DNA of 64,000 bases. Origin: Heterodontus francisci. Taxonomy: Eukaryota. The notes under the pieces are model-generated. The model was not told where the DNA came from and ran no database searches. It worked only from the letters and a program-made list of their open reading frames with translations. The stretch lies in contig NW_027140922.1 of assembly GCF_036365525.1 (NCBI RefSeq), positions 1-64,000 on the forward strand, in the 5' to 3' direction. The translations under genes and the position numbers were made by a program. This document shows positions 63,655 to 64,000 of the stretch, one piece after another; the stretch's first letter is position 1; each line of letters begins with the position of its first letter.

Positions 63655-63693
63655 CACAGTGACTCAGAGAGATGGAGCAGTTCAACAAAAACA
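63655..63693 (+). other. 23-RSS
   Basis: CACAGTG + 23 bp + ACAAAAACA. Confidence 0.92.
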
Positions 63694-64000
63694 TCAAAGG
63701 CAGCAGGAAACACCTGTTTCAGATAAAATTGCTCGGTACCTTGACCTACCGTTCCCTTATGCAGAGTGACAGTGTTTATAGCAATAAAAAGAGTTGAGTT
63801 ATGATTGTAGTGACACACTAGATTTACAGGTACTGCTGAGGGTGCAGAGAACGATTAATAAGGATGTCACGAGATTTCAGAATGTAACTATCAGGAATCA
63901 ATGACAATAATCTGGGTATTCATACACTGACCCTGTGTTGACCTTCTCCACAGGGACAGCAGAGGGGGATCCAGGACCATAGACCGGACAATGGCTTTGA

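Overview
Eukaryotic, repeat-rich genomic DNA, most likely from a cartilaginous fish (inferred from HE1/V-SINE-like and DeuSINE-like elements, abundant CR1 LINEs and shark-like V sequences). Left half: a full-length RTE-clade LINE with an intact ORF and an 11-bp target-site duplication, nested in an old CR1 (1287-5068); a 220-bp Penelope-like hairpin insertion; and a ~20.6-kb satellite of 73-74-bp monomers whose right part is a ~5.3-kb higher-order repeat that co-amplified a CR1 fragment three times. Right half (36-64 kb): an array of nine T-cell-receptor V segments, all on the + strand and each ending in a 23-bp-spacer RSS, most consistent with a TCR-beta V cluster. Four look intact with leader exons, one is an open frame with a Trp41 substitution, and four are pseudogenes or fragments; there are also two orphan promoter/leader copies. 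Unusual items are a 62-bp tandem repeat whose unit mimics a J segment (heptamer, GxG, splice donor), four CAW[S/R]-type V segments with an Asp-to-N-glycan-sequon swap, a V with a Cys pair in CDR2, a perfect 116-bp inverted templated insertion, and a candidate minus-strand secreted-protein 5' end facing away from the V array. No D, J or C segments were recognised. All coordinates were read by eye and no database searches were run.
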